A stretch of 64,000 nt of DNA. Origin: Candidatus Latescibacterota bacterium (lineage in GTDB: Bacteria; Latescibacterota; UBA2968; UBA8231). Under the pieces are notes generated by a model. The model did no database searches. It was given only the letters and a program-made list of their open reading frames with translations, and was not told where the DNA came from. Below are positions 1 to 9,874 of the stretch, piece by piece (positions within the stretch are counted from its first letter, which is position 1; each line of letters begins with the position of its first letter). The position numbers were made by a program, and so were the translations under genes. Location: NCBI GenBank assembly GCA_964291625.2, contig OZ220089.1:1664001-1728000 (forward strand). The letters run 5' to 3'.

Positions 1-1162
1 CTTCGACGTTGGATCCGTCAAGGTTGGACCGCTGGATCTTGTCCGTGCCTTGATCGGTCCAGTACATCTTGCCTTCGGTGAGATCCAGGGCAATATCACC
101 CGGAGCCCTCAATCCAGTCGTTACCAGGTCTTCTACGTTGGAGCCATCGACGTTGGCTCTTTGAATCTTGTCCGAGATGGAGTCCGTCCAGTACATCCTG
201 GAATCGCGGTCGGGGCCGTCCTGCTCCCCGATCTGCTGAAGCACGAACTGGGTGACGATGAGCCAGACGTCGATATAGTCGATCTGGCCGTCGCTGTTCA
301 TGTCGGCCTGGGAGATATCGCCGTTGTTGGGCATGGTGACGGAGTTGTCGGCGATGTACGTGGCCACCAGCAAGGCGTCCACGATGTCGACCCGGCCGTT
401 GTTGTCCACGTCGCCTAATGCGCCATTGGAGGCGGCTTTCTCCCGTGGGGAGAGGCCGCCCTCTTCGATCACGAGGTCCACGGAAGCCAACCCTGCTTCC
501 ACTCGGAAGGCGGGATCCACGTAGGGGACCAGTCCCGCACCGGTGACGGTTAGACCATGGACGCCCGTGGCCGTCGCCGAAGTCTCGGCCCCAAGGGGAA
601 CGCCGCTCGGCATCCTCTCCGGGGCCGGGATCCCGGCCTGCCCGTCCACCAGCACCATGCGCCCGGTGGCCACCCTTGGCCCGCTCTGCAGCCGGTAGAG
701 ATAGACCCCGGCCCCCACGGCCCGGCCCGAGGCATCGGTGCCGTCCCAGCGGGCGTGGTGAAAGCCGGCGGGCTGTTCCCCCTCCACCAGCATGGCGATC
801 CGCTGGCCCAGGAGGTTGAACACCTCCAGGCGCACGGGCGCGGGGGACGGAAGCTGGTAGGGGATCAGGGTGGAAGGGTTGAAGGGGTTCGGGTAGTTGG
901 GTCCGAGGGAGAAACCCTCCGGCAAGGCCGAGGGGCCGGGGATTCCCTCCAGGGACAGCGAGAATCGGCCGACCTCGTCCGTCGTCGCAGAGGACAACAG
1001 GCGGAACTCCGACAGATCGAAGATCCTCACCTGGGCACCGGGGACCGCGGCCCCGGAGGGCAGCCGCACCCGCCCCTCGAGGGAGCCTGCGGCCCCGGCC
1101 ACATCGGCCAGGCCGAGAAGTGCAAGACAACCGATAGCCCATTTCGTGCTTCCGATGCTCAT
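1..1162 (-). CDS. Secreted modular protein, 3' end outside the window: signal peptide, carboxypeptidase-regulatory-like domain, FlgD/T9SS-CTD-like domain, dockerin-like domain, LDL-receptor class B (YWTD) repeats
   Basis: Not in the ORF track because it runs off the edge. Manual translation from ATG at 1162: MSIGSTKWAIGCLALLGLADVAGA...NYPNPFNPST...GDVDNNGRVDIVDAL...MYWTDSISDKIQRANVDGSNVE...KMYWTDQGTDKIQRSNLDGSNVE; paralogous to 5036..7252. Confidence 0.85.
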   Translation of the reverse strand, partial: MSIGSTKWAIGCLALLGLADVAGAAGSLEGRVRLPSGAAVPGAQVRIFDLSEFRLLSSATTDEVGRFSLSLEGIPGPSALPEGFSLGPNYPNPFNPSTLIPYQLPSPAPVRLEVFNLLGQRIAMLVEGEQPAGFHHARWDGTDASGRAVGAGVYLYRLQSGPRVATGRMVLVDGQAGIPAPERMPSGVPLGAETSATATGVHGLTVTGAGLVPYVDPAFRVEAGLASVDLVIEEGGLSPREKAASNGALGDVDNNGRVDIVDALLVATYIADNSVTMPNNGDISQADMNSDGQIDYIDVWLIVTQFVLQQIGEQDGPDRDSRMYWTDSISDKIQRANVDGSNVEDLVTTGLRAPGDIALDLTEGKMYWTDQGTDKIQRSNLDGSNVE

Positions 1163-1386
1163 TCTGCAATCCTTGTCTGGAGAGGCCTCAGCAGGGTCAA
1201 CGAAGGTAACGCAAGAAGCGTGCCTCTACTGCCCTCGCGGCGGCTCGATCGACAACCTTCCAGTTTCCTGGACAACCAGTGCCTCACAGGCCGGACTCGT
1301 CCGGTTTCCCGGACAGGTACGGCGCGACCGCCCACGAACCGAAGGCCCCGAGGGATGCAGGTTCGTGGTGGTCCACATGCCAGGAC

Positions 1387-2211
1387 CTACAAATCAAACA
1401 GAGAAGGCGGGTTCCCCTCTGGATAGTCATCCAGATACCGCTGGATGCAACCCCGCGTGACGGGAGGCATCCGCTCCAGGTGCCCCGGCCGGGTCAGGGC
1501 CTCGCGCTGTCCGTGCTCGTGCTTCATCACCGTCACCCCGGCGCTCCAGAAGGCGCAGTGCAGGGTCCAGCGCTTGCGGCCCTCGGGGTTCCAGCCGCGG
1601 TGCCAGAGGTTGGCGTTGTAGTGGACGATGTCCCCGGGCTCCAGGTCGACGACCAGAGCGCCCGGCATCTCGCCGGATTCGCTGCGGGAGGCTTCGATCT
1701 CGGCGTCCGTCGAGGCCCGCAGGTGGCTCCCGGGGACGATGTGGAGGAAGCGGTCGCCGGCCACGAGGGGGGCGTTGAACTGCACGAACCGGCCCTCGTG
1801 TTTCCGCAGGTACGCGGTCTCGTCCGGGTCGCCCGGCCGGCCGAGGTCGCGGTGCCACCGCTGGGTGTACGCCTGCCCGCCGCCGGCGGCGAGCATGCCG
1901 AAGAGGCTGTGGCGCACCCCCGGTCCGCGGACCAGGGCTTCCAGCTGAGGGGAGAGGTCCTCGTCGATCCAGTCGGCGAAGGCGGGGTGGTACTTCCCGG
2001 GGTGCAGCATGTGGCCGGTCCGTGACGGCAGCCGGCGCTCGCGGTCGATCCAGCCCAGCTCGCACTCTCCCGCCAGCCCCTTGTCGATCATGCGCTCGAC
2101 CCCTTCGAGAAGGGACTCGATGCGGCTTATCCAGAAGGCCTGCCGCAGGATGAGGAACCCCTCCTCGGCGTAGATCTCCTTGTCCTGTTCCGTGATCGTC
2201 CGGGGAGTCAT
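1387..2211 (-). CDS. Phytanoyl-CoA dioxygenase (PhyH) family Fe(II)/2-oxoglutarate dioxygenase
   Basis: YAEEGFLILR N-terminus, WHRD (HxD) motif, IVPGSH, PGD...WHRG; ATG at 2211 overlaps the upstream stop (ATGA). Confidence 0.85.
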   Translation of the reverse strand: MTPRTITEQDKEIYAEEGFLILRQAFWISRIESLLEGVERMIDKGLAGECELGWIDRERRLPSRTGHMLHPGKYHPAFADWIDEDLSPQLEALVRGPGVRHSLFGMLAAGGGQAYTQRWHRDLGRPGDPDETAYLRKHEGRFVQFNAPLVAGDRFLHIVPGSHLRASTDAEIEASRSESGEMPGALVVDLEPGDIVHYNANLWHRGWNPEGRKRWTLHCAFWSAGVTVMKHEHGQREALTRPGHLERMPPVTRGCIQRYLDDYPEGNPPSLFDL

Positions 2212-3671
2212 CGCGGCCTCACCTCCCCCGCGAACGGTCCGTACATGCCCTTCCCCCACTCGATCCGAGCCGATTCCAGGCTTGCCACGACCTTCGGATC
2301 GGCCGGCGCCGAGGCGATCTCGCCCCCGTCCTGGGCGATGGCGATGCGGTCCCCCTCGGCGATGAACTCGAGGGTGGTCTCCCCCTCCCGCCAGGCCACG
2401 GGCCCCGCGGCGCATCCCGGCCTGCGCATGCGATGCACGGTCCGGTACTCGTCCCAGATCTCGTCGTCGTGGAGGAACTCCATCCTCATGTCCCGCTGCT
2501 GACAGCCCTTGGCGCTCGTGGAGATGAACAGGGAGTCACCCATCGGCGCCAGGCCGGTCGTGCGGTTGCCCCAGTCGTTCCAGACGATCCTGTCGCCGTG
2601 GATCTCGTTGTAGCCCACGGTCCGGTCCTCCCAAGGGTGGTTCCACTCGTCCGTGACCGGGGGATGCTCGAACATCCTGCGGACGAAGCGCCACTCGTCG
2701 CCGTGGTGGTCGTAGCGCCACAGCTCGGCCCACGGCCAGACCCCCACGTGCAGGTCTCCCCCGAAGAGGCAGGTCGTCTGGGCCTCGCGGACCTCGGTCG
2801 AGACACCGGGCATCACCGGCGGCCAGTCCCGCAGGTGGCGCAGCTCCGTCCCCCGCTCCACGTACTCCAGGAGGTTCCCCGTCGGGTAGTGGCCGATCAG
2901 CATGCGGTCGTACCAGTTCAGCATGGAGTAGAGCTGGTGGCTGACGCCCTTCAGGGACTGGCGGATGATCCGCCACGCCGACCCGTCGAAAGCGTAGACT
3001 CCGCCGAGGTTGGAGGACTGGATGATCTCGTCCCCCAGCTGTCCGGCGGAGAAGGAGCTCTCGCCCGCGTAGCGCAGGTCGAGGGTGACGGCCCTGTCCA
3101 GGTCGAGAGGACCGTCGCCCGGCCGCCAGGGGACCGCATGGAGCTTGCTCCACTCGGGGGTGTTGTTCTGGTAGAAGACGAGGTGGCCGTGGGAGTAGTA
3201 GAAGTGGTGGTAACGGCCTTCCTCCGCCCGGTCCAGGATCCTCGCGCCGTCGTACCAGGCCTCGCCGCCCTTGACCTGCAGCAGCCTGCCGGCCAGGCGC
3301 ATCATGCCCTCGCCGCTCGCCGTCTCCCCGACGCCGAACCGCTCGTCCGCGACCCAGGCTCCGGATTCGTCGTCGTACCAGCGCGCCGTGCGGTCGTGAT
3401 GAGGGCTGAACTGGTAGACCCGGCCGTCGAGATCGAAGAGGTAGTTGCCGCCGTCCTCGGTCGGAATGGGCAGCTTCTCCCAGGTCGGCTCGGCGCCGTC
3501 GTGGCGCACGAAGAGCTGCAGCGTCCACCGGTCCATGCGGAAATGGGTGTTGAAGAGCCCCATGAACCCGGCGCCGAAGACCACCCTGCCATCGCCGTCC
3601 CGGGCTTGAAACACGGTCCCCAGGTTCTGCCCGAGGTCTTCCCCGAAGTTCACCTTCGCGGTCAGCTGCAT
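2208..3671 (-). CDS. Hypothetical protein, aromatic-rich, possibly beta-propeller-like
   Basis: 487-aa ORF with protein-like composition, overlapping both neighbours in an operon; no family motif recognised. Confidence 0.7.
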   Translation of the reverse strand: MQLTAKVNFGEDLGQNLGTVFQARDGDGRVVFGAGFMGLFNTHFRMDRWTLQLFVRHDGAEPTWEKLPIPTEDGGNYLFDLDGRVYQFSPHHDRTARWYDDESGAWVADERFGVGETASGEGMMRLAGRLLQVKGGEAWYDGARILDRAEEGRYHHFYYSHGHLVFYQNNTPEWSKLHAVPWRPGDGPLDLDRAVTLDLRYAGESSFSAGQLGDEIIQSSNLGGVYAFDGSAWRIIRQSLKGVSHQLYSMLNWYDRMLIGHYPTGNLLEYVERGTELRHLRDWPPVMPGVSTEVREAQTTCLFGGDLHVGVWPWAELWRYDHHGDEWRFVRRMFEHPPVTDEWNHPWEDRTVGYNEIHGDRIVWNDWGNRTTGLAPMGDSLFISTSAKGCQQRDMRMEFLHDDEIWDEYRTVHRMRRPGCAAGPVAWREGETTLEFIAEGDRIAIAQDGGEIASAPADPKVVASLESARIEWGKGMYGPFAGEVRPR

Positions 3672-4897
3672 TCCCGTTCCTTCCTCGACCCGCCGACCAG
3701 ACTCTGAACGGCTGTCTCGACTTCAGCGGTCGTATGTTCGACGGTCTCCCTCTTCCGGGCTCGATAGGCGTCGTAGCGCTCCCGGAGATCGATCGGTTCG
3801 CCGACGCGGACCGATGCCACCCGCGGTCCCCGCGGTTCCGACCTCCCGAAGACCTCCCGCTCGAGGCGGAGAATCACATCCAGGTAGCGCTCGGGCGACG
3901 GCTCCTCGGCGACATATCCGTCAGTGATCGATATGAAGTTGATCAACCGCTCCAGATCGGGATAGAACTGCTGGATCTTCCGGAGCTGCTCCGCGTGTAT
4001 CCGGCCTTCGTACTCCGTCATCTCCTCCGTGTCCTGGTGGACCTGGGTATCCACGAGGTTCTTCAGGGCGCGGGTCCTGGCGAGGATGTCCGTTCCCTTT
4101 TGAACCCCCATGATCCCCTCGGCGCGGGCCAGGATCGCATCCTTCAACCGATCGATATGGACATCGAGGGAGACGGTCTCGTCGATCTCGTACTGGTACT
4201 CCGCCGCCAGGGTTCGGAAGACGGCCACACCGATGCGGCGCAGCCGATCGTAGCGCTCGGCCGGCGTCCGTTCGGCGGGGGGGAGGATGTGCCGTTCCAG
4301 CCTCTTGAGGGCGGCGTCGATGGAACTCCACATGTCGCGCGGGTAGTGATACTTCAGGCCCACGGGCACGACATACAGCGGCTTGCCGACATCCGCCTTC
4401 ACCATGTCGTCCAGGGCCCAGAAGCACATCTGCACGATGCCCCTCTCGAAGCGCATGACCGTGTCGTTCTGGCGCGAGACCTCTCCTTCTCCGAAGATGA
4501 CGACCGGCCACTCCCCCTTGAGCAGCAGCTGCCGCGTCGTCCGGAAGGCATCCCTGTCGACGGTGCCGCGCACCACCGAGTAGACGCCGACCCGCTGCAT
4601 CAGCCAGCCCCGGACGGCCCCGAACCGGCCCTTGTCGAAGGCTTCCCGCGCCGCCATGTAGTAGAACGGTTGCGACACCCGCGTGGACAACAGGAACATG
4701 ACCACGGGATCGGCCGAGGCCGGGTGGTTGGGGGCCAGGACCGCGGAGTGCCCCTGTACCGCCTCCAGCCGGGCGATGGACCCGGCATCGACATCCAGCT
4801 TCAACCCCTTCAGGAACAGGCGGTTCGCCAGGGGTACGACGGCCCGTACGATCCGGATCACGGCCGTACTCGGCTCAGGTCGCTTGAAGTCCAGCAT
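3662..4897 (-). CDS. PlsC-like phospholipid/glycerol acyltransferase
   Basis: APNHPASAD (NHxxxxD) motif, FYYMAARE, IFGEGEVSR, VVPVGLKY. Confidence 0.85.
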   Translation of the reverse strand: MLDFKRPEPSTAVIRIVRAVVPLANRLFLKGLKLDVDAGSIARLEAVQGHSAVLAPNHPASADPVVMFLLSTRVSQPFYYMAAREAFDKGRFGAVRGWLMQRVGVYSVVRGTVDRDAFRTTRQLLLKGEWPVVIFGEGEVSRQNDTVMRFERGIVQMCFWALDDMVKADVGKPLYVVPVGLKYHYPRDMWSSIDAALKRLERHILPPAERTPAERYDRLRRIGVAVFRTLAAEYQYEIDETVSLDVHIDRLKDAILARAEGIMGVQKGTDILARTRALKNLVDTQVHQDTEEMTEYEGRIHAEQLRKIQQFYPDLERLINFISITDGYVAEEPSPERYLDVILRLEREVFGRSEPRGPRVASVRVGEPIDLRERYDAYRARKRETVEHTTAEVETAVQSLVGGSRKERECS

Positions 4898-5035
4898 CCG
4901 GTCCTGTCACCGTCGTGGGCGAACACCCCCGCCGCGCGCCGGGCAGCCCGCGGGGCGTGGGCGACGTGCCGCTGCCACCGGCAGGGCGGTCTCTACGTAC
5001 AGCGGCTCGATGACGAACCGGGGGGACTCACGAGC

Positions 5036-7252
5036 TCATCCGGAAACCACCAGGGTGTTCCCGCTCGCGTATCTGCCCGTTACGCCGTCGGTGGTGATCT
5101 CCACGACCCATCGATATTCGCCCGGCACTTCAGGGAGATGGTCGCCGCAGGTCTCGCCATCGCGCTCCGTGCCGTCCACGTCCACCCACTCGCCGGACTC
5201 TCCGCGAATCTGCCACTTGGAGATGCCGAAAGAAGTGGCGGTGTGGGAAACAGTGAGGCAGTCTTGTCCCGGACTGACCCAGACTGTCAGAGCGCCCACC
5301 TGGACCTGGATTCCTCCGCCTGCAACCACTTCAATCCAGTCAACCGGTGTGTAATCTCCCGCATCTGCGGTCACGGTGACGCTCGCGCTCAGGGGCGTCG
5401 ACTCCAGACCTCCCGGGTCGCTGGCCGTCACCATCACCGTGGTCACTCCCTCGGCGACTCCCGTGAACGTCACCGTGCGGCCCGTCACCGACACCATGGC
5501 GATGCCCTCGTTCGACGACGACGCCGAGTAGGTCAGCGCCTCTCCGTCGGGGTCGCTGAAGAACGCATTCACGTCCACGTCCACGGACTGGCCGGCCCGC
5601 AGGCTCTGCGACGGCAGCGAGCTCACTGTCGCCACCGGCGGCTGGTTCGCGGCTTCCACCGTAACACGGACTCCCGCGGAGCAGTTGTTGCTGGCACTCT
5701 CGCCCTCGCCCCTGTCCACGCAGGCGCCGTAGTAGTAGGTGCCTTCAGCCGATGGGGCATTGAGGTCGATCGACTCGGCACTGGCGCCGGAGGCGGCCAG
5801 GGCGCCCACCTGATCCGTGCCGACTTGTGTATCCTGCGTGGAGATCGTCCGGTTCGACGAGCGGTAGTAGCGCAACGTCGTCGCTGCCGCCTCACCCGTG
5901 CCCTGGTTGCGAATCGTGGCGCTGAGTGTAAAGACCTGCCCCGGCGTCAAGGTGTTGTCGCTGACGAGGATCGATTGAACGACCAGGTCGGCGGGGCTGC
6001 CGGCCACCTCGAAGGTGTAGGTCCGCAGGACCGTGCCGTCCGCTTCGCGCCTCAACTCCACCGTGCCCACACCCTCCCCGCACCCGGCCAGGTAGACCGA
6101 CTGTCCGTCCTGGAGCGAGCCGGTGTCCTCGGCCTCGGCCGGGCAGTAGTTGCCCCGGCCGCTGCGCCTGGTGATCTCCAGCAGCCGTGGAGTGCCCGCC
6201 GGATTGACCACCACCGTGACCGGCTCGTCGGCCTCGACCGTGAACCGGTGCCAGGCGCCGTCGTCGGCAAACGACAGCGTCGGGGAGTCCGGCGACAAGG
6301 AAACGGCCGGACCCGTCGCTTCCCCGATGCCGGCGGGCAGCGCCGGATCGGATGGATCGTTGAGGTAGGCGGCGATCGTCCAGGCGTCGGACAGATCGAT
6401 CCGGCCGTCGGCGTTGACATCGCCCAGGGAGACATCGCCGCCGTTGGGCATGACGATGGAAGGATCGAGGCTGTACGCCACCACCAGCAGGGCGTCGAAG
6501 AAGTCGACCTGGCCGGTGTTGTCCACGTCGCCCAGAATGGCCCCCGAGGCCACCTTCGCAGAGGGGATGTCGCCCGGCGCCTCGACCACCACATCCAGCG
6601 GGGCCAGGCCCGCCTCCACCCGGAAAGCCGGATCGACGTAGGGGACCCGACCCGGCCCCGAGACGATCAATCCGTAGGCCGGCGCTCCGGCCTCGGCGGC
6701 CGGAGCCTCCCCGACGGAGCCTGCCCCCGACGGAATCCCCGCCTGTCCGTCGATCAGCAGCATCGGCCGGGTGATTTCCGCCCCGCCCCCGCTCAGCCGG
6801 CAGATGTAGACGCCGGCGCCCACAGCCTGACCCGCCGCATCGGTGGCGTCCCACCGCGCCGTGTGAAAGCCGGCCGGCTGCTCCCCGTCCACCAGGGTCG
6901 CCACGCGCTGCCCCAGGACATTGAACACTTCCAGGCGCACGGCCATCGAGGCTGGCAACTGATACGGGATGAGGGTGGAGGGGTTGAAGGGATTGGGGTA
7001 GTTCGACCCCAGCCGGAAGCGCGCCGGCAGAGTTGCCGCCGGCGTGGGCAACGGCAGGCTGAACCGCCCCGACCGGTCCGTGATGGCAGCCAGCGGAGCG
7101 TCGCGCAGATCGGTCAGATCGAGCAACAGCACCTGGGCCCCGGCCACCGGGGCGCCCGTGGGCAGGAGCACCCGACCCTCGACCCGGGACTCGGCCTCTG
7201 CACTGCTCCATGACACTGCCAGCCCGATGATGAAGAGAATGGCTGTCTTCAT
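5036..7252 (-). CDS. Secreted modular protein: signal peptide, carboxypeptidase-regulatory-like, FlgD/T9SS-CTD-like, dockerin-like, CARDB and Ig/cadherin-like domains
   Basis: MKTAILFIIGLAVSWSSAEA signal; NYPNPFNPST; GDVDNTGQVDFFDAL/GDVNADGRIDLSDA; ADLVV...TIRNQGT...GTYYYGACVD (CARDB); NQPP...FSDPDGEALTYSASSS. Confidence 0.85.
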   Translation of the reverse strand: MKTAILFIIGLAVSWSSAEAESRVEGRVLLPTGAPVAGAQVLLLDLTDLRDAPLAAITDRSGRFSLPLPTPAATLPARFRLGSNYPNPFNPSTLIPYQLPASMAVRLEVFNVLGQRVATLVDGEQPAGFHTARWDATDAAGQAVGAGVYICRLSGGGAEITRPMLLIDGQAGIPSGAGSVGEAPAAEAGAPAYGLIVSGPGRVPYVDPAFRVEAGLAPLDVVVEAPGDIPSAKVASGAILGDVDNTGQVDFFDALLVVAYSLDPSIVMPNGGDVSLGDVNADGRIDLSDAWTIAAYLNDPSDPALPAGIGEATGPAVSLSPDSPTLSFADDGAWHRFTVEADEPVTVVVNPAGTPRLLEITRRSGRGNYCPAEAEDTGSLQDGQSVYLAGCGEGVGTVELRREADGTVLRTYTFEVAGSPADLVVQSILVSDNTLTPGQVFTLSATIRNQGTGEAAATTLRYYRSSNRTISTQDTQVGTDQVGALAASGASAESIDLNAPSAEGTYYYGACVDRGEGESASNNCSAGVRVTVEAANQPPVATVSSLPSQSLRAGQSVDVDVNAFFSDPDGEALTYSASSSNEGIAMVSVTGRTVTFTGVAEGVTTVMVTASDPGGLESTPLSASVTVTADAGDYTPVDWIEVVAGGGIQVQVGALTVWVSPGQDCLTVSHTATSFGISKWQIRGESGEWVDVDGTERDGETCGDHLPEVPGEYRWVVEITTDGVTGRYASGNTLVVSG

Positions 7253-7333
7253 TCCAATGCCTCTCGAGTTGAGCATTCCAGGGAGAGTCGGGGATGGCCC
7301 AAGGATGGTCAATCGCGGCCGGATGCGCCAGCG

Positions 7334-8284
7334 TTATCCCTTGCGCGCAAGCCGCCAGACATCCGGCTCCATGTTGTTGCCAGCCACCATCCACAGCGAC
7401 TCGTGGTGGACGAACACACTCGCCGCATGTCGGGGCGCCCAGGGGGTACCTGGCAATTCGGTCCACTCCACACCATCGGCCGAGAACCACACGTCCCGGC
7501 GGTTCCCGCTCGCCGCCGCCCAGCCTTCCAGGACCCACATGCGGTCATCGAAGACGGCCACCTCGTGGTACTGCCGGGCCGCCCACGGGGCGTGCGCGAG
7601 GTGCCGGGCCCAGTTGACTCCGTCTGCCGAGCTCCAGACGTCGCTGTAGAACTTCCGAACCGGCGTTGCAGGCGTGTCGTACGTGCCCCCGCCCAGGATC
7701 CACATCCTGCCGCCGAGGACGGCGGCTCCCCCGATCATCCCCCGGGGCGTCCACGGAGCGCTCTCCACAACGCGGGTCCAACTGACGCCGTCGACGGTGC
7801 ACCACACATCGTTGTAGAAGACCTCGTCGCCGCCCGCGAACTCGGGCATCGTCTGGCCGCCCATCACCCAGATCCGGCCATCGAAGGCCACCGTGTAGTG
7901 GAGCGCCCGCGGCGCCCACGGCACGCGGTCAATCACCAGATCCCAGTGAATCCCGTCGGCGCTGCTCCACACATCGCTCTGGTAGTGGCCCTGGTTGCAG
8001 TCCCCGCCCACGATCCACATGCGGCCGCCATGCACCACGTATCCGGCGCAGTGCCTCCCCTCCCAAGGTGCCTGGAGGCTCTCGAGCGTCCAGGCGGCGC
8101 CGTCGGCCGACGACCAGACCTCGCTGTTGCAGATCAGGGGGAAGTGGTCCTTGTCGCCGGGGTTCCATCCGCCCAGCAGCCACATCCTGTCCCGGAAGGT
8201 CAGGGCGCCGGCGCCGTCCCGGGCGGCGAAGGCCGCCTTCCCGGTGACGCGGCGCCACTCGTATCTGTGATCATGGTGAGCCAT
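7334..8284 (-). CDS. Kelch-repeat beta-propeller protein
   Basis: Repeated MW(L/I/V)xGG...(S/N)DVWSSADGxxW units with APWxxR linkers. Confidence 0.8.
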   Translation of the reverse strand: MAHHDHRYEWRRVTGKAAFAARDGAGALTFRDRMWLLGGWNPGDKDHFPLICNSEVWSSADGAAWTLESLQAPWEGRHCAGYVVHGGRMWIVGGDCNQGHYQSDVWSSADGIHWDLVIDRVPWAPRALHYTVAFDGRIWVMGGQTMPEFAGGDEVFYNDVWCTVDGVSWTRVVESAPWTPRGMIGGAAVLGGRMWILGGGTYDTPATPVRKFYSDVWSSADGVNWARHLAHAPWAARQYHEVAVFDDRMWVLEGWAAASGNRRDVWFSADGVEWTELPGTPWAPRHAASVFVHHESLWMVAGNNMEPDVWRLARKG

Positions 8285-8325
8285 GCAAGGAAGCCCTGTG
8301 ATGTGGACGTCGCGGGCGGCGGGAG

Positions 8326-8920
8326 CTACCCGGCGTTCAGTGTCAGTTGCAGTCCCAGGCGGGCGGGGGCAGCCACCGGCTGCAGGCGCCCCCTCGCGAA
8401 GCCCTCCCCGACCGCCTGGCCGATGGCCCAGCCCATCAGGCCGCCGGCGACCACGTCGGACAGCCAGTGCACGCCGCCCTGGTCACCGATGGTCGCCGCC
8501 GCCATGACATAGGCGGCCCAGCCGTAGCCGCAGTACCTGACCCGCCTGGAGTCGACGTAGTAGCTGCTCAGGGACGCCGCCAGGGCCATGTTCGTTATCG
8601 TGTGTCCGGAAGGCCACCCGTGAAAGACGCCGCCCCGCAAGGAACCCGAAGCGGAAGCGCCGGCTGCGCCCGTCGACGTCGGACTCGGTCAGCAGCCAGG
8701 TGGCCCAGACGGCGCCGATGTGGGCGAGGCTGTTGCGACCGGTGTAGATCTCGGTTAAGTGCTGGTCGAGATGCCAGGACAGGGTGCGTTGGGGCTCGGC
8801 CGAGGCGGGGTCACCGGCGGCCTCCGGAGGCTGGCTGGAGGCGGAGAGGGCCATGACGACGGCGAGTATCAGAAAGCCCTGTGCGGCGTAGGTCTCCTTG
8901 CCCTGTTCCTGGATCACCAT
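8326..8920 (-). pseudogene. Frameshifted PAP2-family phosphatase with a PhyH-like N-terminal remnant
   Basis: The C-terminal frame has GWPSGH and HWLSDV PAP2 motifs. The upstream frame (MVIQEQGKETYAAQGFLIL...RFRFGF) joins it only through a 1-nt shift at ~8640. Confidence 0.6.
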
Positions 8921-9046
8921 CAGCGGCCGACCAAACCTCCTCACAGGTGCGTTTCGAGCTACGCCGGAGGCCTTCCATGCTGGACCGGCGCCCGGGCGCC
9001 ATGCCTCAAGGTAGCTGTCGCTCACCACTATCAGCATTGCCCGTTG

Positions 9047-9874
9047 CTACCGCGCATCCACATTGTGCCGAGCTATCTCTGTACAGTATCTGCCGATCCC
9101 GTCCAAGTCAGGAAACAGGCTAAACCCGCTTATGTTCATCAGGCGCAGTTGATGCATGAACTCCCTCTTCAGAGCATACCTCACTTCCTCCAGGATCACC
9201 AGCTTTGTCAGAATCCCAGGGCGCCTCATTGCCTCGGCGTGATCCTTGTGGGGTAGATTGCTGTATGAGAACAAGCCTTGCTGCCGTGCCATACGATCAG
9301 GCATCAGGTGCGCATCGGCGAAGGCGATCAAGTGCGGTGCTGTATCGTCGTACAGCTGTGCTTCCCCCGTGCAGCGATCCTCCATGGGCGCCTTAGATCC
9401 AAGATACTTGTCAAACGCACTGTATCTGTCGCCGTGAGAGTCATACATTTCCTGCTCCAGAGCCGCCTTATCCACACACCAAACCGTCCCTGATGCCTCC
9501 CCGGATTCACAGGCAAAGTAGGCTGCCACGTAAGGCGACCTTGTCCAATCCAGGGTTCGAGTAGGGGCCCCATAGTGGCGCATTTGGCCCCACCAAAGGA
9601 AGATGTTCCTACTTGTCGTGAGTACGTTGTCGACACTTGGATGGAGCAGTGTAGTTGATCTTCTCATGAACGCAGTGTGGATCCTCATCTCGATTTCCCT
9701 GGATTCGTCAAACGCCCCCCATAGTCTCCCTAGGCTGGGCTCCAGGCTCCAGCTGAAGTCTTTCTGGCCTCTGTAAACGAACTCGCCCGGCCTCTGATCC
9801 ATCTCAGAGACTTCTCTGACGAACATCTCCCAGGACTCAATCTCGACCTCCCTCGTCCCGCCATCTTCCGTCAT
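9047..9874 (-). CDS. FRG domain protein
   Basis: VYRGQ...LEPSLGR and MRHYGAPTRTLDWTRSPYVAAYFA motifs, RMARQQGLF, SLFPDLDG; ATG at 9874 overlaps the upstream stop (TGATG). Confidence 0.85.
   Translation of the reverse strand: MTEDGGTREVEIESWEMFVREVSEMDQRPGEFVYRGQKDFSWSLEPSLGRLWGAFDESREIEMRIHTAFMRRSTTLLHPSVDNVLTTSRNIFLWWGQMRHYGAPTRTLDWTRSPYVAAYFACESGEASGTVWCVDKAALEQEMYDSHGDRYSAFDKYLGSKAPMEDRCTGEAQLYDDTAPHLIAFADAHLMPDRMARQQGLFSYSNLPHKDHAEAMRRPGILTKLVILEEVRYALKREFMHQLRLMNISGFSLFPDLDGIGRYCTEIARHNVDAR

Noticed and set aside
96-1169. Track ORF of 357 aa on the minus strand
   Set aside because: Wrong frame; the real gene starts at 1162 and runs off the window edge
1191-1212. GTCAA/GTAAC pair resembling the Pho-box-like repeats
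   Set aside because: Spacing is 10 bp rather than 11, there are only two units, and there is no phosphate-related context
3734-7213. Very long antisense or alternative-frame ORFs (also 11479..13719, 57619..60492, 61701..63962 and the N-terminal part of 24312..28208)
   Set aside because: They lie opposite or within genes with clear family motifs and have the composition of shadow ORFs in high-GC DNA
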